DNA of 64,000 nucleotides from Batkoa obscura (Eukaryota): NCBI GenBank assembly GCA_030770535.1, contig JASVEC010000011.1, positions 1,302,001 to 1,366,000 of the forward strand, read 5' to 3'. Shown piece by piece: positions 50,813 to 62,707 of this stretch (position 1 is its first letter; each line of letters starts with the position of its first letter). The notes under the pieces were generated by a model. It saw only the letters and a program-made list of their open reading frames with translations, ran no database searches and was not told where the DNA came from. The position numbers and the translations under genes were made by a program.

Positions 50813-52889
50813 ATGACCCTAGTTCAACTTAGCAATCGGCAATTGAGTATAATATTTACTGTAATAATACTTATAAGTGTTGTGTTAATTATAACTGGCA
50901 TACCAATAGAAGCGAATAAAAATAAACTAGAGAGCAGCGTCACTACTAGTAATAAAGAGAAAATAATCTCTCCTTTAAATATTGAGACCATTATTAAAGA
51001 GCAAGACATTTTTGGGGATGAGAAAGAGTTTTCCAAATCAGATAATGCAAACCATAATAAGGAAATAAGTCAAGAAAGTAATAGTAACACTTCAACTACA
51101 ACTGGTACAGCAGCCACGACAGCAGAATCAAGCGACAATAAAAAAGAGAACGAAACCAAAAAAGAAACTAAAGAAGAGAATGAGAATAAAATAAATTCAG
51201 AACATTTTATATTAAGTGAAGATAAAATTGAAGATTACTCTTACTGTGAAGCAAATACTTTGAACGAAAACAGTTACTCTTTAATTGTAAGTTATTATTA
51301 TTGTTCTTTTTGATTATTCTTTTATCCTTTTTCATTAGAACGATCATGAATTAATTGCATTACATATCGTTACCCGCCACGGGGATAGAACACCAACGAA
51401 ATTTTTACCATTAGGGTTAGAAAAAGATCCATGGAATTGTTTAGGAGAAAATAACAAAATAATTAACCATAATAATGATGTGAAATTTATTGAAAGGGAA
51501 ATGAAATTTGTACCAGAGGGATGTTCAGCTAATAATTATTGTTTCAATAACCCATTCCAATCTTTTTATTGGCCAGGTAATTGTACAGATGGACAGCTGA
51601 CAGAGAAAGGAATGATGCAATTAAATAATGTTGGAAAAAGGATCAATGACATTTACGTTAAAAAATTAAAGTTTTTAAGTGGCGATTTTAAGTTAGATAA
51701 ATCTCAATTAGTGTTGAGATCAACCAACATTTGGCGTACTCATCAATCAGCAAATGCGTTATTAAGTGGAATGTATGAACAAGCGAATAATTTTGAGATA
51801 AATGTAATGCCAATGGAATTAGAAACTTTATTACCATTACAAAAGATGTGTCCATTATTGAAAAAGTTAGAGCTTGAGCTAAAGCATAGTAAATTGTATA
51901 AGCAATTTTTAGCAAGTCTTGAAATCGAACGTAAAAAGATCGAAGATATCATTGGAGGGCCTAGACTTGGAGACCACAGTGATGCTATTGACTATTACGT
52001 TGATATCTTTCAAGCAAGGCAATGTCATCAGTTTCCACCTGTATGTAAAAAAAATAAACTTAAGAATCAAACAGAATGTGTTACTAAAGAAATGATTGAC
52101 AAAATGATGACCCATGGTAATAGTGAAGTACGATTATTTTATCGCGATCATCCATTAGTTTATCCCCAATTAGCAAGGTTAAGAATTGGAGGCTTTTTGA
52201 TGGAACTAAAAAGAAATTTACTGATTAAAATCAGTAATTATTTTAATTTAAAATTTATTGAAGCGGAACATTTGACTTTATTCAACTCAGATTTGAAGTT
52301 TTTTTATTATTCCGCTCATGACACCTCAATCGCTGCTATTTTAGGTGCTTTACACTCGGATGACATGAAGTAAGCTTGTATATTTTATATATAAATAAAT
52401 TAATAATTTCATAAAATTAGCTGGCCACCTTATGCCTCAAATTTAATATTTGAATTATGGGTAGCGAAAAATAACACCATAAAAGATAAAGAAGATGTAT
52501 TAAATCAAATTAAATTAAGAATGATTTATAATGGAAAGAAATTAACGACTTCATGGTGTAAATTAGAAGAGTGTAACTTGATAACTTTCTTAAATTATTT
52601 AGATAATTCACTTAATTTAATTGCTGGCTTTGAGTTTTATAATCATTTTAATTTTTCAAATACTACTACTACTTCTGTTGCAAGTGACGTTTCCTCAACT
52701 TCCTCTTTTCCTTCTTTATCTATCCATTTACCTAGTCAGGATAGATCCTTACTTTCACCTTCTTCAACTAAAAGTATTAGTGTTAATGGGTCTTTAGCTT
52801 CAACCACTAAACCCTCCGCATCAACTCCATCATCACATCCTTTAACCACCTGGGACTTTTTACAAGAATGTTGGATCGATTCAGAATAA
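50813..52889 (+). CDS. histidine acid phosphatase (branch 2), three exons, N-terminal membrane anchor
   Basis: RHGDRTP near 51375, GQLTEKG, RSTNIWRTHQSA, YSAHDTS, WPPYASNLIFELW; introns about 51287-51338 and 52370-52420. Confidence 0.92.
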
Positions 52890-52970
52890 ATAAAGTTATG
52901 ATTATTTTTAGAATAATAAGAACTATAACATTATTTTAAAATCTCTTATTAAATTGTAAATTGGCTATAT

Positions 52971-53068
52971 GGGGGTATTTTTTTGGCTTCATTACTTTTT
53001 ACATTTTTTAAGCGCTATTTGAGTGAAAAGATTGTTAGTAAAATTCTTAAACACAAAAATACATCCCC
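52971..53068 (-). mobile_element. MITE family A copy
   Basis: consensus match; ATAT on both flanks. Confidence 0.9.
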
Positions 53069-53356
53069 ATATGCTTAAAAAATAAATCACTTTAGAATAA
53101 TACAAATATATAGCTTAAAAAGTAAAGTTTAATGAAGACACTGTAAATGAATTTGTTTTATACAAATTACTGTGATTTTCTTCCTTTTAGTCTCTTTGTA
53201 TAAACATTTACTTATCATCTTCAAACTGAAAATATACATTAAAAATAACTCCTAGTTTATCATTATAAAAACAATTTAGCAACTCTTTATATATTACTTT
53301 AAATTGTTTTTTAAATATCAAGCCTATATCGTTAAATTAATATAAGAGTAAATAAG

Positions 53357-55222
53357 TTATGATCTTATTAATTTCATGTTGTTACTTAAAGATTCAGTTA
53401 TAATCTCGATCAATTTTAAATTTAATCCACACACCTTTAAAGCAAAAGGTAATGTCATTGAGGATTCCAATAGTCCCTTCCCTTTTTTAATGTATTTTAA
53501 GAGTTCATCATTGTTTCCTCCATACCGTATTATAAAAACCAAACATGTTGAAATAAGAGGATAATCAAGAGTAAGAGTATATTTGTGATAACTTACAGCA
53601 GCACTATCAATTACTAAATAGCACTGTTTGAGCGTATCTTTAATACGATTTAATATACTTATATTAATATTCTTATCAAGCTTATATTCTTTATATTCAT
53701 ATACTTTCTTTTCTTCAGAAACGTTAAAATCAATAGAACTAATATAAAAGTTAATATGATGAAAAAAATAAACTATACAATTTTGATAATCCTTGATCGT
53801 TAATTTTAAATCATAGCTATTGATAAAAGGTAAAAATTCAGTCATAGCAGTAATGTATTCTTCTTTAACTGCAAATGTTTTGAATGTAAGTCTTGATAGA
53901 AAGCTATTTAATTTTACTTGATCATCTCTTTCCTTTATCTTTTTCTCTTTAATTAGTCGTAAATCAAAATATATCGTACTTGTTATATAATAAAACTCTT
54001 GAAGCTTTAAAAAACAATATCTCTGAATACTTATATCATCTTCATTAAAACCGATATTACAGAAAGAAAGTTTACTTCTAAAATGTCTATTTAATTTCTT
54101 TAATCCCAATGGAAATACAGGCTCAGCAATACATGATCCAAAACTTAACAAGATTCCATTGTAAAAAGAATTTAATACGCAGTAAGTATAAACTCGTTCA
54201 ACACTGACCACTTTAGATAACTTCTTTGGTGATTGACTCAATCCTATTATAAATGACATTCTGTAGCAATGAAATAAAAGGTAATCTCTAATACCACCAA
54301 TCCATGGAAAACATGGAATTCCAATTGTTAATATAAGTATTATTTGTATATTTTCTAAACTAGGCTTAATTCTAGGGACATTTGAAACAAAATGATAAAG
54401 CTTTCCCTCAAAATGATTAATTAATTTTTTTACGATTTCCGTTTGCTCCATATAAAAGAGACCACCTGTAAATATTGCCGATTTTAAATTGAAAGAGCGT
54501 GAAGTAAAATTAAACCTTGTTTTATCAAATAAAGGGATTGTTTTATTAATTGATGTAAAATAATTGGTTACTGCTTGTTTTAAAATTGGTCCAATATTAA
54601 AAGTGTTTTCATTTGGTGCTTCTGATATAAATATCAATCTCTTAGGTTTGGATGCTAACAAACCTAACTTATCCGTTAGTATAATAAAAAGATTTAAACC
54701 TTTACTAGAAAAATATGGTGACGGATTTTGAATAAAATTTAACAAGTTTTCTAATAATGATTTCCTTTTAAATTTACTAAATATCCCAATGACATCATAT
54801 GAGAAATTATAGCCCCTTGGTAATTTTGATAATTGATGTTTAGTTTCTTTTGACGATTTTAATAGCTGGTTTCTATTTTCCTTTTCTAATTTAACTACCC
54901 GAGTTTTGCTTTCTTCTGGTTGAAGGATTTTAGGAGTAATTACAGCCTCTTTTTTTGAAGTGAAGCTAACGTTAACAACCTTAAATCTAAATTTATCTTT
55001 TGTGGAGGCTCTGTAATTACGTCTAATTCCTAAGTGCCCAGCTCCATACTCGGTGTCTTCGCTTTTACTATATATGATTTCTCTATTTAAGGTACATTCT
55101 ATCTTTCTTTTTATACAATTTAAGCATTTAGGTAATACTCTATCACATTTAAGGTGCTTTTCAACACATGAATCACATCTATGTCCTCTTCTACTAGGCT
55201 TTAAACTGTTTCGCTGCTCCAT
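53357..55222 (-). CDS. Zn2Cys6 transcription factor, paralog 6
   Basis: 621 aa; CDSCVEKHLKCDRVLPKCLNCIKRKIEC; closest by eye to paralogs 3 and 5. Confidence 0.9.
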   Translation of the reverse strand: MEQRNSLKPSRRGHRCDSCVEKHLKCDRVLPKCLNCIKRKIECTLNREIIYSKSEDTEYGAGHLGIRRNYRASTKDKFRFKVVNVSFTSKKEAVITPKILQPEESKTRVVKLEKENRNQLLKSSKETKHQLSKLPRGYNFSYDVIGIFSKFKRKSLLENLLNFIQNPSPYFSSKGLNLFIILTDKLGLLASKPKRLIFISEAPNENTFNIGPILKQAVTNYFTSINKTIPLFDKTRFNFTSRSFNLKSAIFTGGLFYMEQTEIVKKLINHFEGKLYHFVSNVPRIKPSLENIQIILILTIGIPCFPWIGGIRDYLLFHCYRMSFIIGLSQSPKKLSKVVSVERVYTYCVLNSFYNGILLSFGSCIAEPVFPLGLKKLNRHFRSKLSFCNIGFNEDDISIQRYCFLKLQEFYYITSTIYFDLRLIKEKKIKERDDQVKLNSFLSRLTFKTFAVKEEYITAMTEFLPFINSYDLKLTIKDYQNCIVYFFHHINFYISSIDFNVSEEKKVYEYKEYKLDKNINISILNRIKDTLKQCYLVIDSAAVSYHKYTLTLDYPLISTCLVFIIRYGGNNDELLKYIKKGKGLLESSMTLPFALKVCGLNLKLIEIITESLSNNMKLIRS

Positions 55223-55652
55223 AGACTGAAAAATATGTAAATCATTGTGTAGTAAGTTATTTAAACGATTTTAGTAAATACCCAATTAAAAAGTTAATCT
55301 TTACTTAAAGTATAAATTCAAATTATTCACTAATTTTGCTAAAGACTAGCAAATCAAGTAAAGGAATTTCCCAAAATGATGTCAGATTTTATGCAGAACT
55401 ATACTTTACCTAGCATTACTAATTTTTTATTCTATATTTATTAAAAAGCCCTCTTTCTCAAGATATTTTATTCTCAACTCTTATCTACAAAAGTACCATC
55501 ATTTTAAAAATATATTATAAACAATATAAATACTTATCACTATATCAGTAATTAGATAACATACTCACACTATATTTTAACTTTTAAGTTTTAAAAATTA
55601 TCGCAATTTATAGCTCAATAAATTAAATTAGTATCATTGCATTATATGATTT

Positions 55653-55750
55653 GGGGATGTTTTTTTGACTTCATTATTTTTTTCATTTTTTAAGCGCTAT
55701 TTGAGTGAAAAGATTGTTAGTAAAATTCTTAAACAAAAAAATACATCCCC
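55653..55750 (-). mobile_element. MITE family A copy
   Basis: consensus match; ATTT on both flanks. Confidence 0.9.
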
Positions 55751-56029
55751 ATTTGATCAAGTAATTCAGTTTTGTTAAGTTCTTAATATTTATAGCTAAA
55801 ACCATAATTCTTGATATTTAATGAAATATAGAAAGTTTTTTTAGTAGCAAAAACTATTATATTGGGACCATTATTACTGTATTTTATTAAACTTATGCTT
55901 CTAATAATTATATCTTTTATACTAAATAAAATATTTCATTCATATAAGAAGCTTAATGTGATAGAATATACGTATTTAAAAAATAAAAAACAGTACATTA
56001 TCCCCAATTTGTACTTTATTTATTAGTTA

Positions 56030-57376
56030 TCAAATTAATTGCAAATTAATATCTGGGAATTCAAATTTAAGAAAGTTAATACCAATTGAGTATTTTAGAC
56101 CATTAACTATCTGAAAAGTAACTGGGTTGTTAAAATAGTAGTAATAGTAATCTATAGTTGATGAAAAATAACGAAGATATCCTTTTCTAAATAAAACATA
56201 TTCTATATTAGGAAACAAACATAGAATGTAAAATAAATTTTGAAGTGAAAGCTCATATTTTATGAAACTTAATTTCTTAATTGATTTACACTGAACTAAT
56301 TTCTTTTTGTTTTTCAAACAAAAATAGTCAACATTCTCTAATACGTCATCATCACTATTCCAATCGAATTGACACAATTTAAAGGAGTCCTCTTCAAGGT
56401 AGTTAGAATTGTATAATTTTATGCTCTGAACGTTATTTGATTCGGAAAGTCTATGTATTATTTCTTCGAATAGCTCATTTTTGTTAATACTAATTTCATT
56501 TAAATTGGGCATTTCATCTAGATTATTAAGATTTAAAAATAATTTTTGAACAAATCCCATAAATCTGATTTTAACATTCCTACTATCTTTAAATACTAAC
56601 TCATCATATTTAAAATTTCGTAACTTTATAATTAACTTATGAAGCTGCGTTAAGTCTCCAAAATAGTCCAAGTTATAATTATCATCTATCTTCCCTTTAA
56701 CTTTAAGTTCCTTAAGCTTAATAAAATTATTATCTTTATTGTAGATACGCGGTATCTTCATATTGTATGATGTGAAATGTAGTGTAGTTAAATTTTTAAA
56801 TTGTTTCAACGCTTCAACCCCATTTAAATCTAAGAACATTATGGATTTAATTTTTAATACCTTCAATTCGTTTTTACCTAAGTACTCTAGGATATCACTT
56901 AATGTCAGTGCCTTACTCATTAATTTAAGTTCACTTAATTGATGTAAACAGTTCTTAAATAAGTCAAAATAAATTCGAAAGTCCTCATAATTAACATCAA
57001 CTGATAACTTTTTTAAGCTCAAAAATTCATTATGTATTAGATGAGTATTCTCAGATAGTTTAAACTTGGGATGAAGGCTAAAATGTAAACATTTAATATA
57101 TTGACATGAATTTAATGATTCGAACTGGCTGACATTGGACACTGACAGCTTCTTCATTCCATTCGAATTCTGTTTTATAAAGTCATATTGTATTCTTTTA
57201 TTGACTTCTTTAAATTTTTGGTACTCTGAGTAAGTTAAATTAATAAATATTTGATTTCTAATTATTCGTTGGAACCTCTTACTAATTGATTGTAACTTAA
57301 ACAATTCTATAATATCAATATATTCGAATACTCCTTTGAGTATAGCTCCAGGTAATAAATTTAGTTCGATATACAT
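56030..57376 (-). CDS. F-box / leucine-rich-repeat-like protein
   Basis: LLPGAILKGVFEYIDIIELFKLQSISKRFQRII fits the F-box pattern; repeated LxxLxL units follow. Confidence 0.75.
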   Translation of the reverse strand: MYIELNLLPGAILKGVFEYIDIIELFKLQSISKRFQRIIRNQIFINLTYSEYQKFKEVNKRIQYDFIKQNSNGMKKLSVSNVSQFESLNSCQYIKCLHFSLHPKFKLSENTHLIHNEFLSLKKLSVDVNYEDFRIYFDLFKNCLHQLSELKLMSKALTLSDILEYLGKNELKVLKIKSIMFLDLNGVEALKQFKNLTTLHFTSYNMKIPRIYNKDNNFIKLKELKVKGKIDDNYNLDYFGDLTQLHKLIIKLRNFKYDELVFKDSRNVKIRFMGFVQKLFLNLNNLDEMPNLNEISINKNELFEEIIHRLSESNNVQSIKLYNSNYLEEDSFKLCQFDWNSDDDVLENVDYFCLKNKKKLVQCKSIKKLSFIKYELSLQNLFYILCLFPNIEYVLFRKGYLRYFSSTIDYYYYYFNNPVTFQIVNGLKYSIGINFLKFEFPDINLQLI

Positions 57377-58008
57377 AGTTTAAAAGGAATTTGAAAGGGA
57401 TGTTTTTGCTGTATTTATAAGCTCTTTATTCATATACTTGTTGAAATTATATTTGATTGGGTAATAATCACACTAGCAGTAATTTTGTAAGATTTGTATT
57501 TTTACTGTTTAAATAGTATCAAAATACCAACATAAACACGCTTTGGCAATTTAAGTAAACTACGCTTGTTCCTTTTTATATGATTCTTTTAATTGTTTAA
57601 ACCTTTCCTTTGAGCAAAGTAAATGTAATATACGAGTGATAGTTTTTGTTACTTTTTGTTATAAAGCACATGTCTAAAGCTGCGCTTTTAACTTAGTAAA
57701 AAGGTGCTTCCTTTTCATTATAAATTTGATTTTTTTCTAAATATGCTCTTCAAAAACATGATTGGTTAGTTTGAAATTCATAAAAGTAATATTGCAGCTT
57801 CAATAATATGATAATTTTATAAGTATTAATTGAAAATAAGATTAAAATTGAGATATGAAAGCTTTATTGTAGATAAAAACCACATATCTCAATATCCCTT
57901 GTGCTTCTTACTGTTGTTTTGCATTAAAAGGATAAAGTTAGCAAGTACATGGCTATAGATCTCAGAAGTTTGTGGTAAGCTTCATAGATGGCTAGAAAAT
58001 TACCATAT

Positions 58009-58093
58009 GGGGGTGTATTTTTTTAAGAATTTTACTGATAGCCTTTCTACTCAAATAACGCTTAAAAGATGGAAAAAGTGATGAGATAAAAAA
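58009..58093 (+). mobile_element. MITE family A copy, right end decayed
   Basis: left TIR and body match; terminal CCCC missing. Confidence 0.75.
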
Positions 58094-58423
58094 TATATAT
58101 ATTAATTTTATAGATTGTATTTTTAGTAGTTTATAAGTTCCATAAAAACTCTGAATTTTATAAAATTTAAAATAAATGTGTTCTTTTTATATAATTTGTT
58201 AAAGCTAAAAATAGCTATTAACTTTAAAAAACCATTCTTATTAAATGTTATTTGTAAACTAAGTAACAGTGTGAAGCACTAATCGTCTGAACATTTTAAT
58301 AAATACTACAACTACAATCAAAAGTTATAAATCTAGTAGAAAAAAAATGAATAGTAGCATAACTTAAAGAACTAGGCAAACAATTTTAGTTTTCATCCAT
58401 TCTAAAAATAAATAATGGACTTT

Positions 58424-59154
58424 TCATGATAAATCCTCTATAAGTAACTCTAACTCGCTATCAAAATGCGCCAAATAATTGTCATAATAAATTAAAAAAT
58501 GATTTTTAATATCATTTAATTGTTGCTTTTGACCCGCATATGTTGTAAGCCAATATCTTGTACTAAATTGAATAAATAAAGTTTTAAAATTTACATTCAA
58601 GTGCAAAATTTCACAAAATAAAATTACCTTTTTTCGATATAGCCAACTCGAACCATATTAGAATATTCTTCAACTGAGGAAGGTAAAGAGCCTGGGTAAT
58701 CCAAAATCTTAGCAAGTATACTTTCTTGAATTATTTCTGTTTTATTTTCTTCAAAATACTCTTTAACTAAGTGATATAACTGATGTCTTGTATTTACAAT
58801 TAAATAACATCCTGATAAATTAATTTCCACGGATTTTATGTTGTCTTTTATTTTTATCATCTTTACATTGGAATCATCACCTATTTCTTCTAACCAGCTA
58901 AGACATACGTCTTTAATATAACTATTTAAAATATCTAACTCCTTTGGTAAATGCTCAATTAAAACACAACATTTGGATCCTAGTAATAAAAACCCTAACT
59001 CGCCGTATAAGTGTAACTCAGAGATATCGACACGGTTGTTATCAGTTAAAAGGCGATTTTGATTACTTTTCAAATTTTGAAACCATTTTTTTTCTAGCGC
59101 CTTATAAAGGTTATACATTTTGAATATATGTTTATTGTTAGTAATTTTACTCAT
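58424..59154 (-). CDS. hypothetical protein, two exons
   Basis: ORF 58624..59154 (…LAKILDYPGSLP…) plus a probable second exon within 58424..58563 after a GT-AG intron. Confidence 0.7.
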
Positions 59155-59467
59155 TTTATATTCTATAATTCTATTAAACCTGATTGTTTTATAACAAGAT
59201 CTAGGATTCTTATTTTAACATTTTGCTTTTTATTGAGTAATGATTATTCATTCATATTAAGCCAATAAGATCAATTCAAAATACTATGCAAAAAAATCCC
59301 TGGATAACTAAACCCAGGCATAATTTTGGTATGCCAATTAAATTCAACTTGTATTGCATTGCTTAACATGATTGATTAGCCTCAAGTTACCAAGCCAAAG
59401 TAACCACTATAAACAATAATTGTAAAATAAAACTTAATTTGTTTAGTAGTTTTAATAAAGTACGAAA

Positions 59468-59812
59468 ATGAGTTCCTTTTATGATGAAGTAGAAATCGAA
59501 GATATGGACTTTGATGAGGAGTCAAACATTTATCATTACCCTTGTCCATGTGGCGATAGATTCGAAATTTCATTGGTAGTTATATTCACTTATAAGATTA
59601 ATACAATTGACTTTTTTTAGGAAGAATTAAGGGATGGTGAAGACGTTGGTAGATGTCCATCTTGTTCTTTAATTATAAGAGTTATTTTTGACCCAGTAAG
59701 CTGTTTTTATATTTTAAGGATGCCATTAATATCATTTAAGGACGAATTTATGGATGACAATGAAGATAAAGAAAATTTAACTGTATCTTTAGACACTCCT
59801 ATCCAAGTTTAA
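59468..59812 (+). CDS. DPH3: diphthamide biosynthesis protein 3 (Kti11, CSL zinc finger), three exons
   Basis: spliced translation [61 protein letters not shown]...; absent from the ORF track because of two introns. Confidence 0.95.
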
Positions 59813-60018
59813 AAATATATTTAAAGTAAGAAATGAAAGCAAATTAAGCTTACATTTTCTTATTATGTTGTTGATAGCTTTGTTAAATAGAATTGCTTTA
59901 TTATTCTTCTAATATTTTACTTTGAATAAATTAATAGAGTAAATTTGAATTTATGGTAATATATTTAATTAAATAGCAGACTTTATTTTAAAAAGCAGTA
60001 TGATATAAATATCATTTA

Positions 60019-60555
60019 CTACTTCGCAGCTAGCGGGTGAGTAGGATGGTTTGAGCTAACACTAGTGTTATCTGGATTCAGCAACCAGGATAACTGTAAG
60101 TTTAAATAAGAGCGAAAACTAGTCCACAAAAAATATGGAATAAAGTATAATAGAGCAGTTGTATCGATAGTACCGAAGAAAAATAAAGCAATTAGGTTAG
60201 CTATCCAAAGCCCGGCCATACTGATTAACGGGATAGGAGAAGCATTTGTCACAATGTATGTCAAAGACCAAATTGAATCCAATAATAGTTGAACGTTGAA
60301 TAAATAACCTAATAGCTCATAGAAGTAACTATCTTTGTCATAATTCATCTTCACTAAATAGTACGCATAACCATACAACAAACTGCTTATTATTGAAAAT
60401 AAAGTAAAATATCTTTCATTTAAGTGCCTTTTAGGGTTTCCTAATCGCTTATACCAACTTTTACTGCTTAATTGACTATATTGATAGCTAGCTATTACAC
60501 TAATCATCAGTGGCCCCCAAATGCTCTGATATAAATTTTCGTCGTAAAAATACAT
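60019..60555 (-). CDS. TspO/MBR family membrane protein
   Basis: WYKRLGNP, QLLLDSIWS and YFIPYFLWTSF..YLN match the TspO WY..L.KP, QL.LN..W and PYL.W..FA..LN patterns. Confidence 0.85.
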   Translation of the reverse strand: MYFYDENLYQSIWGPLMISVIASYQYSQLSSKSWYKRLGNPKRHLNERYFTLFSIISSLLYGYAYYLVKMNYDKDSYFYELLGYLFNVQLLLDSIWSLTYIVTNASPIPLISMAGLWIANLIALFFFGTIDTTALLYFIPYFLWTSFRSYLNLQLSWLLNPDNTSVSSNHPTHPLAAK

Positions 60556-60637
60556 TTTATTTTGTCAATGGTTATTTTGTAAATGGTTATTTTGGCTTTA
60601 TTTATTCTATTTACTTTTTATACTCATCATAGTTTAA

Positions 60638-60689
60638 TCATAATATTTAAAATCATAATATTTAAAGTCATAATATTTAAAGTCATAAT
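60638..60689. repeat. 15-bp tandem repeat, about 3.4 copies
   Basis: tcataatatttaaa(a/g) repeated upstream of the TspO gene. Confidence 0.7.
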
Positions 60690-61684
60690 CAAATCATATT
60701 TTTATCATTTCAAATAATTATATAAAAATTAACTATATAAAATTGCTTATAGGATATTTGAGCTTACTAAGCTGCTAGTTAAGTACATAGTGTATTCTTA
60801 AAGGCATTAAAGGGTATCAAAAATGTTTATAAAGCATGAAAGCTAATTGAGACAATTTTGATCTCAACAATACTATCATATGTACTATTTAAGAGCCATT
60901 CACTTTAAACATTGTTTATACGTTTAACAATTTAGGCTTTAAATAATATGTCAAATACTCAATATCAATCGTGTTAATTACTTTGAATTATGTAAATATA
61001 ATATTATATCGTGTTTGTATTAAATTTATTATTATTATTAGTCAGACATTCTGTAAACTACATAATATGTGATCATTTACTTGAATTATAAGAAATTATA
61101 CAAATTTTGCTTTTATAATTAAAATAATTGTTTTTTTAGTTCATTCATTTAATAAAACAATAATATTATTAAGAAAGCTACAGTTCTGGGTAAAACTGAG
61201 CAGGTGTTTGAAATTTCTGGAATTGCTTACTAGCATATGATAACCGAAGTAGTAAAAAAGCTATTAAGCATTTGGAAATATACTAACTATTTAAAATTTG
61301 GGGTGATTTTCAAAGGAGAGTACCTAAATAATAACGTTATAAAATTATAAAATTATAAAATTTTATTTTTAAATATCTCAAATTTAGCTTTAAAGCAATA
61401 GTTATAGCTACTCGATGATGGTCTATGGTTGTAATACGGGTAAGTTTAAAACCTCGGTTAAAATTAGGGATAAAATTTTACATTTCACTTTTTTTGCCCA
61501 TTTTCTGTAGTGTAACTTTTGAAAAAAATACTAAATAAATGCTGGATAAAAAAACACTCTTATGGATAATCTTAAAGTCGAGTAAAAAACAACTAATCTC
61601 TAGCGCCTTGTACTTAATTCGCAGTTTTAACTAAAAATCTATAGTGGATAAAAATTGAACCAAGCTTTTAAACTAACCCATATA

Positions 61685-61873
61685 TAAGGTATTTTCTAAA
61701 GTAATCTGGCTTTTTGGGCAGATCCGTTTTTGTGCAGGTATAGAATTACTATGGTTTGACATGTTTATAAAAAATTGAGTTACTTCTAGATATTAAAAAT
61801 ATTTTCTGTTGCAATCAATGAATTTCAAGTCGATTTTAGCCCAAAAAGTCAGATTACTTTAGAAAATACCTTA
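61685..61873. mobile_element. 189-bp MITE family C, Tc1/mariner-like
   Basis: 35-bp terminal inverted repeat taaggtattttctaaagtaatctg(g/a)ctttttgggc with one mismatch; TA on both sides. Confidence 0.85.
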
Positions 61874-62193
61874 TAGCCTTGGCAGTTATATTTTTAAATA
61901 ACGGCCTACTTGTAAAAAATTGACTTCTATTTTTAAAATTCACCCAACTAAAAAATCCTGGCTTTAATTTTATTTTAGTAGTTTAATTTATTTTGAACTA
62001 AATAAATAAACTTTCTATTATTTATAAATATCATTGTATTATACAATTAGATTGCTTTAAAATAACAATTATTTATAATTATTACCTTATTTCCTTGTAA
62101 GATATTTTAAAAATGATACTTAGGTTTAACTTATAACTCATAGTATAAATACTTTAATGAAATAATTATTTTATATTATCAATTAAATCAAAC

Positions 62194-62436
62194 ATGAAAT
62201 TTATTCAATCAATTGCTGCTTTATCTTTTGTACTTCCATTTGTAATGTCTCTTTGTCCTAATCCAAACACTGAACGTTGTAATAAAGGAAATAGTGGAGT
62301 TTACTGCTATGATGGTTATAATTGTCCAAGATGCTGGACTTGGAATGATGGGGAATGGGATTGCTATAATATCCTTGCTGATTCTAAATGTACTTTTAGT
62401 AGTTGGATTGATATTGATAATCCATATAATTGTTAG
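62194..62436 (+). CDS. small secreted 8-cysteine protein
   Basis: 80 aa; signal-like MKFIQSIAALSFVLPFVMS, 8 Cys; TATAAA upstream and AATAAA downstream. Confidence 0.8.
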   Translation: MKFIQSIAALSFVLPFVMSLCPNPNTERCNKGNSGVYCYDGYNCPRCWTWNDGEWDCYNILADSKCTFSSWIDIDNPYNC

Positions 62437-62611
62437 TTTATTTAAATAAACGTTATATCATAATTAAATATTATATTTTCATTTTGATTTTTTATCACTC
62501 ATAAAAAAGTTAAAATTTTAAATAATAGTTGTTTACTATTTCTAAAAGCAAAAATCTAATATGAAGCCAGTGTTTAAACTTTTTTATTTTGTTTTATTAT
62601 CAACAACATAT

Positions 62612-62707
62612 GAAGGTGTATTTTTTTGTTTAATTTTACTAACAATCTTTCCGTTCAAATAGCGCTTAAAAAATGGAAAAATTAATGAAGCCAAAAAAAA
62701 CATTCCC
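62612..62707 (+). mobile_element. MITE family A copy
   Basis: consensus match; flanks ATAT/ATTT (one mismatch). Confidence 0.85.

Noticed and set aside
877..59573. Short antisense or overlapping ORFs (877, 6656, 7305, 16230, 30533, 30549, 33893, 42632, 42849, 50824, 51688-52115, 53376, 59382)
   Set aside because: Shadows of real genes or pseudogenes on the other strand or frame, with no independent motifs.
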